Shown in pieces: positions 51,809 to 63,048 of a DNA stretch of 64,000 nt. The stretch comes from Octopus vulgaris (Eukaryota): positions 49,104,001-49,168,000 of the forward strand of contig OX597821.1 of the NCBI GenBank assembly GCA_951406725.2, in the 5' to 3' direction. The position numbers and the translations under genes were made by a program. Every line of letters starts with the position of its first letter. Within the stretch, counting starts at the first letter, position 1. Below the pieces are notes generated by a model. The model made no database searches and had not been told where the DNA came from. It saw only the letters and a program-made list of their open reading frames with translations.

Positions 51809-52937
51809 CATATATACATACAAACACACACCACGGGCTTTTTTCAGTTTCTATGAATTTCACTCACAAGTAGTGGAACAGAGGCTACAGTAAAAGGTAA
51901 AAGACCCGCCCGAGGTACCATGTGAAAGAAGTGAACCTCTTGACTGGGAAGCGAACTTCTTAACCAGATAGCCGACATGATTAATATACTGTCTATACAT
52001 GACTATAAAGATTAATTAAACTGATTTATATATGCCAGATGTTAAGATAAGTTCCATGTGTAGGGAAAGATTAAAATTATAGCTATTCTGCCGTCACTTC
52101 CGTTTTGTACAGGATTAAATGCCGGCATGGATGGCTTTTGAAAACGTCACATCCGACAAGTCTACCGCGTGCGGTTGATTGCCAAGACATTTTGCGAAAA
52201 ACTCAAAACCGAAAAATTATGGGAACAGAGGAGGCTGTACCACATTCCATTTGTGTGTGGTATCGTCATCTACAGTGCTTAAAACACATAGATCTGAAGA
52301 AATTATGGTTTAAGACGCACTCGATAATATCCAATTCTATTTCGTAGGAAAGCTGTTTAAGAGTTTTGGAAAGTAACGTATGAACAGAAGGACGGCTAAT
52401 TCCCAGTTAATTTACCAATCTGAAAGTACAAACAGACGGTAAGACATTTTAGTGCAATAACAGTCGATGTATTCTAACAGAACTACTAGTTCTAACATAT
52501 TGGCTGTTTTATAGAAATATCGTTTTCAAATAGTTTTTTACAGTTTAAAGTATCTATCTATCTATCTAACACAAGAATATTGAAGCGGAATTCCGAGGGG
52601 AAAATCGTCGGAGTTATGGAAATAGTTGTCCGTCGAATTCCCATCCCTCATGGGAAAGGAAGTTTTTTTTTTATTTTGCATCAATTCCTAAAAGACAAGT
52701 ATTCTGAACATATTCCCCCCCCTCACAAATGTCAATTTTTACGTTCTTGCTCCCCCTTATTTTCAATTCTCTCACTTTTATTCTGTGTATTATTTCTATA
52801 TATGTATCGACTGACAGCCAGTATGTTAGAACTAGTTGTTCTGTTAGAGTACATCGACTGTTTATGGTACTACTAGCGAACAGTGGTACCGAAAACAGTT
52901 ACTAATTGGCAACAATTTAAAGCAGAAAGTAACAAAC

Positions 52938-53060
52938 CTTTCCTAATCTGTCTCCCTTAGAGAATGGTTGATAAGGTAATTCGTCAAACTTCTTGGGTAT
53001 ATCGGTAGGTCCCCATCCACTGGAGTTAAAATGAAGTGGAGGCAATACAAATCCATACAT
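52938..53060 (-). CDS. EIF3D: eIF3d coding exon 1
   Basis: ATG MYGFVLPPLHFNSSGWGPTDIPKKFDELPYQPFSKGDRLGK |gtttgt; GWGP and PYQPFSKGDRLGK are eIF3d N-terminal hallmarks. Confidence 0.96.
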
Positions 53061-53064
53061 CTTT

Positions 53065-53140
53065 GACTCGGAAACACCAAAGCCGCACTCAAATTGGCTC
53101 AACACAAAATGGACGAGTTACTGATGCATTCTGGGAAAAC
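53065..53140 (-). promoter_or_regulatory. Putative eIF3d core promoter / 5' UTR
   Basis: ZNF143/Staf-like TTCCCAGAATGCA (53125-53137), YY1-like CCATTTTG (53105-53112) and CCAAT (~53093-53097) on minus strand just upstream of the ATG. Confidence 0.45.
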
Positions 53141-53326
53141 TGATCTTCTATGTTCGAATTATATACCCTTATTCTTTTATTCTAGAATCTCGTTTTCCAC
53201 CATCTTCCTACTCCTATAAAATACACACACACACATACATACATATTTACATACATACATATTTATATATTTACATATATATATATATATAAGTGATTTG
53301 ATCTGAGATCGAGTGGTGAAACGAAA

Positions 53327-53367
<41 letters not shown>

Positions 53368-53426
53368 CACATATATTGCAGCTTGGAAGGTGTTTTTAAG
53401 CCATTTAAAACACACAAAAGAAGTTA

Positions 53427-53837
53427 GGGATCTTTTCGTTTTGAACGGCAGTTTTTTTTAATAATTTCCACGTAACTAAACACTTTTAAACTTCGTATAC
53501 TGGTAGAGAATGTGTTTATAAAACATCTTTTTCTCTTGGCTTTATTGAGAAAATTCTATAGTTTGTAAGATATTTGTTGGGTTTTTTTGCAATTTCAACC
53601 AATCAATGACGTCTATTGAGGTGAAAACATTCTGTGCCGTATGAATATGTCCCTCGTTTAAGAAACAGATTGGGTTTATTTACATTTCTGAAGAAAAAAA
53701 GATACCCTGCCTCCGACCCCTAACCCTAACCCTAAAACAGATTGAAATGCAATAGATCGATACTAGGGTCATAATTATGGGTGACAATTTCATATGACAC
53801 CGCTAGAAAAAACTGCCGTTCAAACCGAAAAGATCCA
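53427..53837. mobile_element. MITE with ~30-bp TIRs and internal (CCCTAA)3
   Basis: GGATCTTTTCG(T/G)TTTGAACGGCAGTTTTTT inverted at both ends; left flank TTA; telomere-like repeats 53718-53735. Confidence 0.75.
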
Positions 53838-53905
53838 AAGTATATATATATGTGTGTGTGTGGGTGTGTAGAGTGTTAGAAGTGGTGTACAGATATTCAG
53901 AAAAT

Positions 53906-53963
<58 letters not shown>

Positions 53964-54679
53964 CAAGTAAGTTAGGGGTTATGGATCCAACCCATAAAGG
54001 AATAATACTTATCCAATATACTGTTGGTATAATACCCAAATTATTAATACACAAGTGTTTTTAATTGCCATGCAAATTAACTTACTTCTTGTATTAAATG
54101 GGAGAAGGTAAAGAAATATTTTACCATTAATTTATAATACAAATGAGAAAATGGACAAACAATTAAGTTGGTTTATCAGCTTTGTATATATATATATATA
54201 TATTTATTGATTTGTACGTGTATCTTGTTTCATGTATATATTTATATCTTTAATGTACTTTATAATCTCTGACGAGGCCTATGCAAATATGTAAGTACCT
54301 CATTTTTTAACTGCCTAAATTGATTTATAGATTTATTGGTCTTTATTTACAGTTTGGCTAAACAGTTTCAAAATAACAGTATATTATATATTCACCAAAG
54401 CATTTATTTAAAAATTCATTCTGAATTTACAATTGGTATTACTGTATACTGCCAGTAATATGTACAGTATATGTACATTGTAATTATTAAAAAATATTTT
54501 AATTTTTTTTGCAAAAGTTTGAATTTCACCTTTTTGTTTCCTCTTAAGTATTTTTTGAAAATTTTATTTATTCATTATAAAAATTAAATGGTAGCATTGT
54601 TGTTGTGGATTAGCTTCCTAGTCTCCTGGCAACCAATATTTTTAGATACAGTCAGCCACTAATATATGTATGTATATAT

Positions 54680-54897
54680 TGATAAAACGGTAAGATAACA
54701 AAAGAAAGAAAGAGACCTCAATATTATGTAAATAGAGGAAATTTTTATATACAATATGTTACATTACTCGGTAGTCAAGATAAAATTCTGAGTTTCAGAT
54801 GCCGAAGTGGAAATCCACAACACCATCTCTTCAGTTATCGGCATCTGAAACTCAGAGTTTTATCATGACTACCGAGTAATGTAACATATTGTATATA
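54680..54897 (-). mobile_element. Penelope-type terminus with inverted partial duplication (60-bp arms, 32-nt loop) and hammerhead-like core
   Basis: Arms 54746-54805 and 54838-54897 with two mismatches; GATAA-CTGAAGA-GATG...CATCT-GAAA-CTCAGA(A/G)TT-TTATC. Confidence 0.6.
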
Positions 54898-54919
54898 TAT
54901 ATATATATACACACACTCT

Positions 54920-55674
54920 CAGGGTGTCCCAAAAGTTACTTAACTCTACAAATAAATGCATGAAATTTTCATACAATATAAAGGAGATAATGGAAATTAA
55001 TATGCACAAGTCAAAAGAACATTGCTTAAATAGAAGCCATTTTTGGCTTTGCATGCCCGTGCTCTTTCGAAAACTTGCACCATAACACCCTCAAGAGTTT
55101 CAGACCCCACTTCTCTGATTTCTTTACTGATGTTCTCCTTCATTTGCACCAGGGTCTCAGTTTGTTGAGGTAAACCCACAAGAAAAAATCCAGGCTAGTC
55201 AAATCTGGGGAACGTGAAGGCTATTCAAAGTAGACCTCACACATGGCTCCAGCAAGATGGAGCAACTGCTCATGCCACAAGAGAAACAATGCAATTGCTA
55301 CGGCAATGTCAACTGGCTTTCATGTTCCCCAGACTTGACAAGACCAGATTTTGTCTTGTGGGGATACCTGAAAGAGAGGGTTTATATCAACAAACCAGAG
55401 ACCCTGGTGTAAATGAAGGAGAAGATCAATAGAGAAATCACAGAAGTGGGGTCTGAAATACTTGAGGGTGTTATGGTGCAAGTTTTGGAAAGAGCACAGG
55501 TGTGCTAAGCAGAAAATGGCTGTCATTTAAGCAATGTCATTTTTCATATGTGATGTAGTGGTATTGCAAAATTTGATTTTATATCCATATTGTATCAAAA
55601 TTCCATGCGTTTATTTGTAAAGTTGAGGGAGTTATTAAAAATTGAAACCCATCAGTGACTTTTGGGATGCCTTG
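54920..55674. mobile_element. Fold-back Tc1/mariner-derived element with ~300-bp inverted arms
   Basis: Ends CAGGGTGTCCCAAAAGT(T/C)ACT inverted; arms carry the transposase C-terminus (SPDL..DF.LWGYLK); core has WLQQDGATAH. Confidence 0.85.
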
Positions 55675-55682
55675 TGTGTGTA

Positions 55683-55738
<56 letters not shown>

Positions 55739-56249
55739 TTCTAAATTTTTACAACACAAAATTAAACATTTAATTATCATTATTGGTGGCATTAAAAATG
55801 TCACGTTTGTGTCCTTTATTACTGGATTATACTGTAACAAAAGCTATAATATAAATATTTTATTGTATGTTTAAAATAAATAGCTTTTATAATGAAACTA
55901 ATTTGTTGTTATTCCTTTTATTTTGCTTTTTATTTAATTTTCTGTGTTTCAAAGTTTTAAAAAAGTTTTGTAGATGCTACAAAACTTAGAATTTAGAGTC
56001 ACTTTTAACTATATTTCTTAATTACCTCCCCTAGAACTCTGTACTGGAGAAAAGAAATTCCACATGGTTTTAATGGAGTATTAGGTCATTATCCGTCACT
56101 ACGCTGCCGGTAAAAATACTTGATAATCATGCCTTCACAAATTGTTCAAATTGAAAGTCTTCTTTAAAGTATGTGTAGCTTCATCTATAGGTTGAAAAAC
56201 ACAGAAACACATGCTCACACGCAAGTAACCCAAAAATTAACTATATCGC

Positions 56250-56420
56250 CATGATAGATCGCTAGCCACTACACATTCTTTATTTTCTCTACTTGCTTCT
56301 TTGTGTACCTTTCTGTGGAACATTAAAGACTTTTTCACTTCCCGAGCGTTATACTAATACATCTGTTTGTTGTCTACACCACCTGTCTTTGTCTTTTTTT
56401 TTTTGTGAATTCTCCCTATA
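56250..56420 (+). mobile_element. Penelope-type terminal fragment, same family as 5140-5268, stem II region deleted
   Basis: CTTTCTGTGGAA-CATTAAAGACTTT..CCCGAGCGTT..CTAATAC..CTGTCTTTGTC, ends in (TA)n. Confidence 0.5.
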
Positions 56421-56999
56421 TATATACATATATATATACACACATACATACATATATAACCTTTTTATTGAAGTCTGTGTTGTATTGACAGACTTGTACT
56501 TAAAATTCCTGCATTTTTAATCAAAACTTATTAGTTTTTAGGGTGACAACACTACCTATCTTTCACACACACACACACACTCCCTCTCTCTCCCTCACTC
56601 AATGTATTTCTCTCTCAACTACGTTTTCTCCTTGCATTCAAAGGAAAAGTCTTTTGCATTGTTGCTGTGTTGAAAGGCAGAAAAACAAACACACATACTC
56701 AAACCATGAAAAAATAACATATTTATATATATTAATTGAAGTGTACAGTATTATATATCCATTATGACTGATCTTACAAATCAGTTTCGCACTAAGGGTT
56801 CAATGGAGTTTTAGGTAACAATCCAATTATGTAATCCTGCGCTCTTCAGAGATGGCAGTTATAGAATAAAATACAACTGCTTTCTATTGTTGGAGGTGAA
56901 CAGACACATCCAATTTGTGGTTGCTGTGAAAAGATGATGAAACAAACCAAGTAAGTGTAAGAGTTATGTCCCTTGGTACAAAAAACACCATCTCTTGGG

Positions 57000-58349
57000 G
57001 TGTTGCTAAAATTTCTCTTTCTTATATCATCAGAAAAAGGTAATTAAAATTCATTAAAATGACGGATCTATCAGACTTTCAAAGAGGTCGAATTGTTGGT
57101 GTTCGTACGGCAGATGCTAGCGTAATGAAAACAGCCAAAATGTTTGGTGTGTCAAGAAGTACTGTCTCGAAAGTAATGACAGCCTTTGAGAAAGAGGGAA
57201 AAACCTCCTCCTCAAAACAAAACTCCAGAAGAAAACCAAAACTTTCAGATAGGGACCATCGGACTCTTACATAAATTGTTAGAAAGGATCATAAAAGTAC
57301 AGCTCCCAAAATTACTGCAGAGCTTAACTCTTTTGATACCTACCCGGCTGAAACCACCTCTGACTCTGAGTACAAATGTCTTGTTTGCATAAGTTTTGAA
57401 TTAAAATCTTCCACCAAACCTTAGTCACAATTTATGTTCCTAACACTAGCTTAATGATAACTAAGTTATTTTACTAAATTCTTTGTTATATTTAAAGTAA
57501 TTGAAAGAAACACAGAGCATCTCAACAGAAACACGTTAATGAAAGGGTTAATGACCACCTTGAGAATCCAGTTTCCACAAAAACTGTTCGCTGGGAGCTT
57601 GCACAAAGCCGGATTTCATGGGAGGGCTGCAATCAGAAAACCACTACTTTCAAAAACAAATGTTGCAAAGCGTTTAGAATGAAGTAAAACCTACAGAATT
57701 GGTCCCTACAGCAGTGAAAAAATGTTATTTTCTCAAGCAAGTCATCATTTACCTTATTTCCAACCACCAGCTGAGTATACATGTGGAGAGATCCAAAAGA
57801 AGCATTTGATCCAGGCTGTCTTCTTCCAACTGTTAAACATGGAGGAGGATCTGGGCGGGGGATGGCTATATCCTGGAAATCTGCAGGCCCAATGGTTTCC
57901 CTTTATGGCAGAATTGATAGTCAAGACTAAGCATTTTATCTGATCAAATTCACCCTATGGTTGCAGAACTGTTTCTGGAGGGAAATGCAATCTTTCAGGA
58001 TGATAATGCACACAGATAAAGTGGTTACTGAATGGCACAAGGAACATTATAGTGAAGTTGAACATTTTATCTGGCCACCACAACTCCCAGATCTCAATAT
58101 TATTGAATATTTATGGTGCATTTTAGAAAATGTCAGGAATTGATATCCTCCACCATCATCAGTACAAGAACTGAAGACTGTTTTAGCTGAAGAATGGACA
58201 AAATTTCCTTTGGAAACAATACAAACTTTGTATGAGTCCATACTTTTGTAGAATTCAAGCTGTAATTACAGCCAAAGGTGGTACTAGCTCATATTAAAAT
58301 AAATTTGTTTGAAATATAAAGGTGTTTCCATTATTTTGTCCAACCCTTG
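57000..58349 (+). mobile_element. Tc1 (DD34E-type) transposon, defective
   Basis: MTDLSDFQRGRIVG..FGVSRSTVSKV, FQDDNA, WPPQLPDLNIIEYLW; right end TTTTGTCCAACCCTTG-TA; left TIR not found. Confidence 0.88.
57328..57547. mobile_element. piggyBac-type MITE inserted in the Tc1 transposase
   Basis: TTAA duplicated (57324-57327, 57548-57551); removal restores TAELNDHLENPVSTKTVR. Confidence 0.92.
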
Positions 58350-58384
58350 TATATATTCATACATACATATATATATATATATAT

Positions 58385-58908
58385 ATCGTCAATGTATCAT
58401 ATATCCGAAAAAGAAGCACACTCTAAAGCAAAGAACAGTAATGTATTTATAAGTAGCTAAGTCTATGTTCGGTCATAGAGTGACCAATGGTTTCGCATCC
58501 ACAAAGGGCTTACCCCCGTGAACGCTGCAAACTTTGTATAGCCAAGTGAGCAAAAATACTCAGAATCCCTGAAATCTGGATCACTGAACACAGGAAATTT
58601 ACAGTCTTTGCATCTATTTCAAATGCTACCTGCTGCAAGCATATGATTCTACATTCTCCAATTATACTCAGAAGGTTCCTTACAATTTGAAAGTGGCCCA
58701 AGGAAAAAATCCCCTGTTCCCCTTCTTTTAGCCCACAAGAATTGGTCTAAGGAAGATAACCTGTCCTCACTGACCCCGGACTATTTATTTTTCGGTGACT
58801 TACTGACGTTACAAATTCCTACTTCCAGAGGTGACGAGTTACATTTGTCTTCGGCTTTAGAGTTTGATAAGACATCACGGGGTAAGCTGTTTGTGGATGC
58901 GAAACCAT
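58385..58908 (+). mobile_element. Penelope-like 3' end with an inverted terminal fragment at its 5' side
   Basis: RCKLCIAK..SLN..FKC (GIY-YIG C-terminal motif) from ~58523; ~34-bp inverted repeat 58487-58521 / 58875-58908; TA tracts on both sides. Confidence 0.6.
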
Positions 58909-58919
58909 ATATATATATA

Positions 58920-60531
58920 TTAGGGTGTTTGGAAAGTAATTGCGTTTTTTCACCACTATAAAATGTTAATCAACCAATCACATCAGAGCCAAGGTCAAAT
59001 GGATGGGAACTGTCTAGAAATAGTATATTGTCTCTTCTATCCAGCAGTGTCATTCATAGTTATTTCGGTAATTAACCTCATAGAAGTATACATAGTGGTG
59101 GTGGTGACCCCCTTCGGTCATGAATGACCATGGGATTGCACCTAGAGAGTTACCCTCTGAGGCACAAGTCTGGGCAAGGTTGTTTTATGGAAGGCCAGCA
59201 GTTGCCCATGCATACCGGCCTCCCCTCTCCACGTCACCGATGTTGTCCAAGGGAAAGGCAAGGGCCGATACAGCTTGGCACCTGTGACGTCGCAACTCAT
59301 TTCTACAGCTGAGTGAACTGGAGCAACGTGAAATAAAGTGTCTTGCTCAAGAACACAACATGCAGCCCGGTCCGGGATTCGAGCTCACAACCTCACGATC
59401 GTAAGCTTGACGCTCTAACCACTTAGCCATGCACCTAGTAAATAATGACAAATATGTTGTTTCATAAAAACAACTTATTTGCCATTGCTTACTATATGAG
59501 TTTTGAAAGAAAAGTACTGCTACAGAAGCAATGAAAAACATTTGTGAAGTGTATCTGGATGCAGTGAAGCTCCTACAAGTCAGCTGTGGTTTGAAAGGTT
59601 TAAAGATGACAATTATGACACATCTGACAAGCGTTGCTCTGGAAGACGATCCACTCTGAATGATGACCTTTTGAATGAGATTATTGTATCGGACCCACGT
59701 CAAAGCACCAGAGATTTGGCACAAAAATTTAATGTGTCATTTTCAACTATCCACAAATATCTCAAGTATACTGGGAAGACATGCAAAGAGGGAACTAGGG
59801 TTCCATATGAGCTTATGCTTGAGAACTGAACACAACATTCCACCATCTGCAGCAGTCTTCTAACTAAGAATAACAAGCTATCATTTCTGAAGCGCATTGT
59901 TGCAGGTGATGAAAAATCACAACAGAAAACGAAAAAGACTGGTTATCATGTAATAAGAGGCCAATGCCAACACAAAAACCAGAACTCCACCCACAAAATT
60001 CCTTGCTCTATGTTTGGAGGAATATGAAGGGCATCATCCATTACAAGCTACTGGAACATGGAAGGACCATCATGCATACGTCTATTGCCAACAACTTGAT
60101 CGTGTGAATGAAAAATTACGTCCAAAGAAGCCAACTTTGCTAAACAGAAAAGATGACAATACATGGCCACATTCTTCAAAACAAACCTAAGAAAAAATAA
60201 GATTGTAAGGATGGGAAATTCTTCCACATCCTCTATATTCACCTGACTTAGCACCTATGGAATTCCATCTGTTCTGATCACTAAAACATTTTATAAGAGG
60301 CAAAACATTCAGAAACAGGGAGGAAGTTGAAAACAGTCTTTCAAACATTTTTTCAGGAAAAGGAATAGGTTTCTATGAGCGTGGCATAAAATAAAGTTAC
60401 TTTTCTGTTGGGCTGCAATTGTTGAAAACGATGGTGATTACATTCTTGAGTAAAACTATTCAGATAAAAGTAGTTTATATCTGTTTTTATATACTTTCTT
60501 GTAAAATGCAATTACTTTCCGAACACCATAA
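58920..60531 (+). mobile_element. Mariner transposon, defective, with SINE insertion
   Basis: TIRs TA(G/T)GGTGTT(T/C)GGAAAGTAATTGC; HCLLYEF..ATEAMKNICEVY, IVAGDEK, HPLYSPDLAP..FHLF. Confidence 0.9.
59106..59435 (-). mobile_element. Second-family tRNA-derived SINE
   Basis: Highly similar to 28038-28370; head GGCTAAGTGGTTAGAGCG..GAGCTCGAATCCCG. Confidence 0.82.
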
Positions 60532-61332
60532 TATATATATATATAAATATATACGTTTATATAATGCATTAAAAGCCAGTTTCAAGCTTGCTTGCTTGCT
60601 TGTAATGTTACTCAGCGAAACTGGCACATAATGGGAAAATACCATGAATTAAGTTTACCCTTAAATGTTAATACGAATCGAATGAAACAAGTCTCGTGTA
60701 AATTGGTAAAGTAGTTTCCAATATATTAGAGATTTTCAGGGTATAAATACCCAAAACAGTGCATAATAGGAAAATGTTCTGAAAAAGAAGAAACTCTTAT
60801 CTTTCTTTTAGACAGTGAGTTGACAATGAAAAAAAAACATTTTTTTTTTTACTATTTCTATTTTCACTTTTGTTATTTTAAGCATTTACAAATATTTTTA
60901 AGTGAATGTGGTTTCAAAAATGTAAGCTGTTTGTACAGTAAGTATTTATATTTTAGGTTTCATTAAGCAGGCAATATTTTAATGTTTTTTAAAATTATTT
61001 TCAAGTGAATACCATTACAAAAATTTTTTTGGCATATTTACAAGATATTCTAAAATGAAAATGACTTTAAAAACACAATAGATATTTTGTAAAAGACACG
61101 TTCTTAACCTCAGTGTGAAATAGCTTTTACGAGTGGATTCAATGTATTTCCCCTCCAAATATGTGGCTGCTATTTCTAGCTTACCCTGCTATCATGTAAC
61201 TGCTATTTGCATTAAAGGACCCAAAATACCTGTTACGTAGTAGCAGAGTATGCAAGAAATAGCAACCAGATATTTCCAACCCATGAAATAAAACAATGGG
61301 TCACAGGTGTCTTGTACATATATATATATATA

Positions 61333-62594
61333 CAGGGTCTTGCAGATAAAATGAGGCCAATTTTAGGCAGTTGACTTAGTGGGTTTAACAATTTATTTTT
61401 TGACACAACCTTGCTTTGCTTGAAAATCTAATCCTCGTCTTATTTTACAGGTAAATAGCAAACTGATTTGACAGCAGAAGGTCATGGAACAACAGAATCA
61501 TTCTGCCATTGTTGTTTTGGTGTGCACTGGGCACACTGCCAATAAAATTTGCTAAGTTGATGAAACTTCCAAAAGCAAGTTTATTGTATGTATAAACAGT
61601 TTAAAGAACTGGAAAAGATTGATAGAAAAGAACACAAAACTCGAAGTGTTTTCAAGGGCAATCCAGAATTTCTCGCTGACCTCAAATGCTTGACTGAAAC
61701 CAACGCATCCAAATTCATGACAACTCTTGCAAAGAAACATAATGTGTCCCTTTCCACAATGTCCAGAGCTGTGAACAGGAACCTTGACATGACCAGCTAT
61801 GTTCAACGACACTGTCACCTCCTAACAGCCAAGGCCAAAGCAATCAGAACTGTGAGATACCCAAGCATCAAGGTGCAGGAAAAACTCCTTGTGTTTGTGG
61901 ACAAGAAGTTCACTGTGAGTACTAAGGTGAATCACAGAAATTCTTGAGTGATAGCATACAACCCTTCTGACATCCCCCCCCCCCCCTGTGTTTGAGACTA
62001 AGGGCCCTGCCTCTGTGATGGTATTTGGAGCCATGGCAAGTGATGAAAGTTTCATGGATCCACACATCATTGAGTTTGGCTTGACGATCGGTACAAAGGA
62101 GTATCTAGACATCCTGCAGAACTCTCTGTTACTTTGGATGGGGCAGAAGTTTGGGCTTGACAATGTGGTGCTTATCCAGGATTCTACATCATGCCATGGG
62201 TCAAAAGCAACACAGGCCTTCCTTGGTGAGAAGGTGCCACTTTTTGTGAGGGCCATCATCTGGTACAGTAATAGCCCAGATCTCAACCGTCTCGATGGCA
62301 TTTTATGGGGTATACGTCAAGCAAGGACCATTGCTTCACCACACTCGAGTGTCAACAATTTGAAGATCTGCATCATGCATGCAAAATTAAAAAGGTGGAG
62401 GTTGTGGCAGCTGTAAAAAAATTTCGTTCTTGTGTGAAGGCTGTAATTGCCCAAGAGGGCAGCCATATTGAGTGATAAATGTTTTTGTTGTAATAAATGT
62501 TACATTAAAATTATATTTGTCTACTGCCATTATTTTAGTATTTCTAAAGTTTTTTGCATCATAAAAATTGTCTCAATTTATCTGCAAGACCCTT
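61333..62594 (+). mobile_element. maT (DD37D-type) transposon, defective
   Basis: TIRs CAGGGTCTTGCAGATAAA.TGAG..CAATTTT with TA flanks; VMVFGAMASD, IQDSTSCH..WYSNSPDLNRLD. Confidence 0.9.
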
Positions 62595-62602
62595 TATATA
62601 TG

Positions 62603-63048
62603 TTATCATTATCATCATCATTTAGCATCCGTTTTCCATGCTGGCATGTGTTTGACGGTTTGACTGGAACTAGTAAGCCAGAGAGTTGCACCAGGCTCCA
62701 GTCTGTTTTGGCTTGGTTTCTACAGTGGGATGCCCTTCCTAATGCCAACCACTCCCCAGAGTTTACTGGGTGCCTTTAACATGTCACTACTGACACTAGT
62801 GCCTCTAACATATCACCAGCACAGGCCTTTAATGTGTCACTGGCACAGATGCCTTTAGCATGTCACCAGCATGGGTGCCTTTAATATGTTACCAGCACAG
62901 GTACCTTTTATGTATCACTGGCATGAATGCCTTTTACCACTGGTATTGGCCATGATTATGATTTCACAAAACTTGACATGTCCTCTCAAGCACAGCAAAT
63001 GGCCAACAGTCTCAGTCACTTGTCATCGCCTCGATGAGGCTCAACATG
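62603..63048 (-). mobile_element. RTE-family 3' end with an expanded ~26-bp tandem array (62768-62945)
   Basis: (CAT)n-TTAGCATCCGTTTTCCATGC; about seven GTGCCTTTAA..TGTCACCAGCAC-like units. Confidence 0.8.

Noticed and set aside
19398-52937. Intronic C/D or H/ACA snoRNAs in eIF3d
   Set aside because: Looked for box C/box D pairs with terminal stems on the host strand; none convincing by eye (a covariance search could still find some)
53061-53105. N-terminal extension of eIF3d from the ORF track (MLSQFECG...)
   Set aside because: Starts at a non-ATG codon; homology begins at the ATG at 53060
62768-62945. CRISPR-like repeat array
   Set aside because: Eukaryotic context, degenerate contiguous units with no unique spacers, inside a LINE 3' UTR
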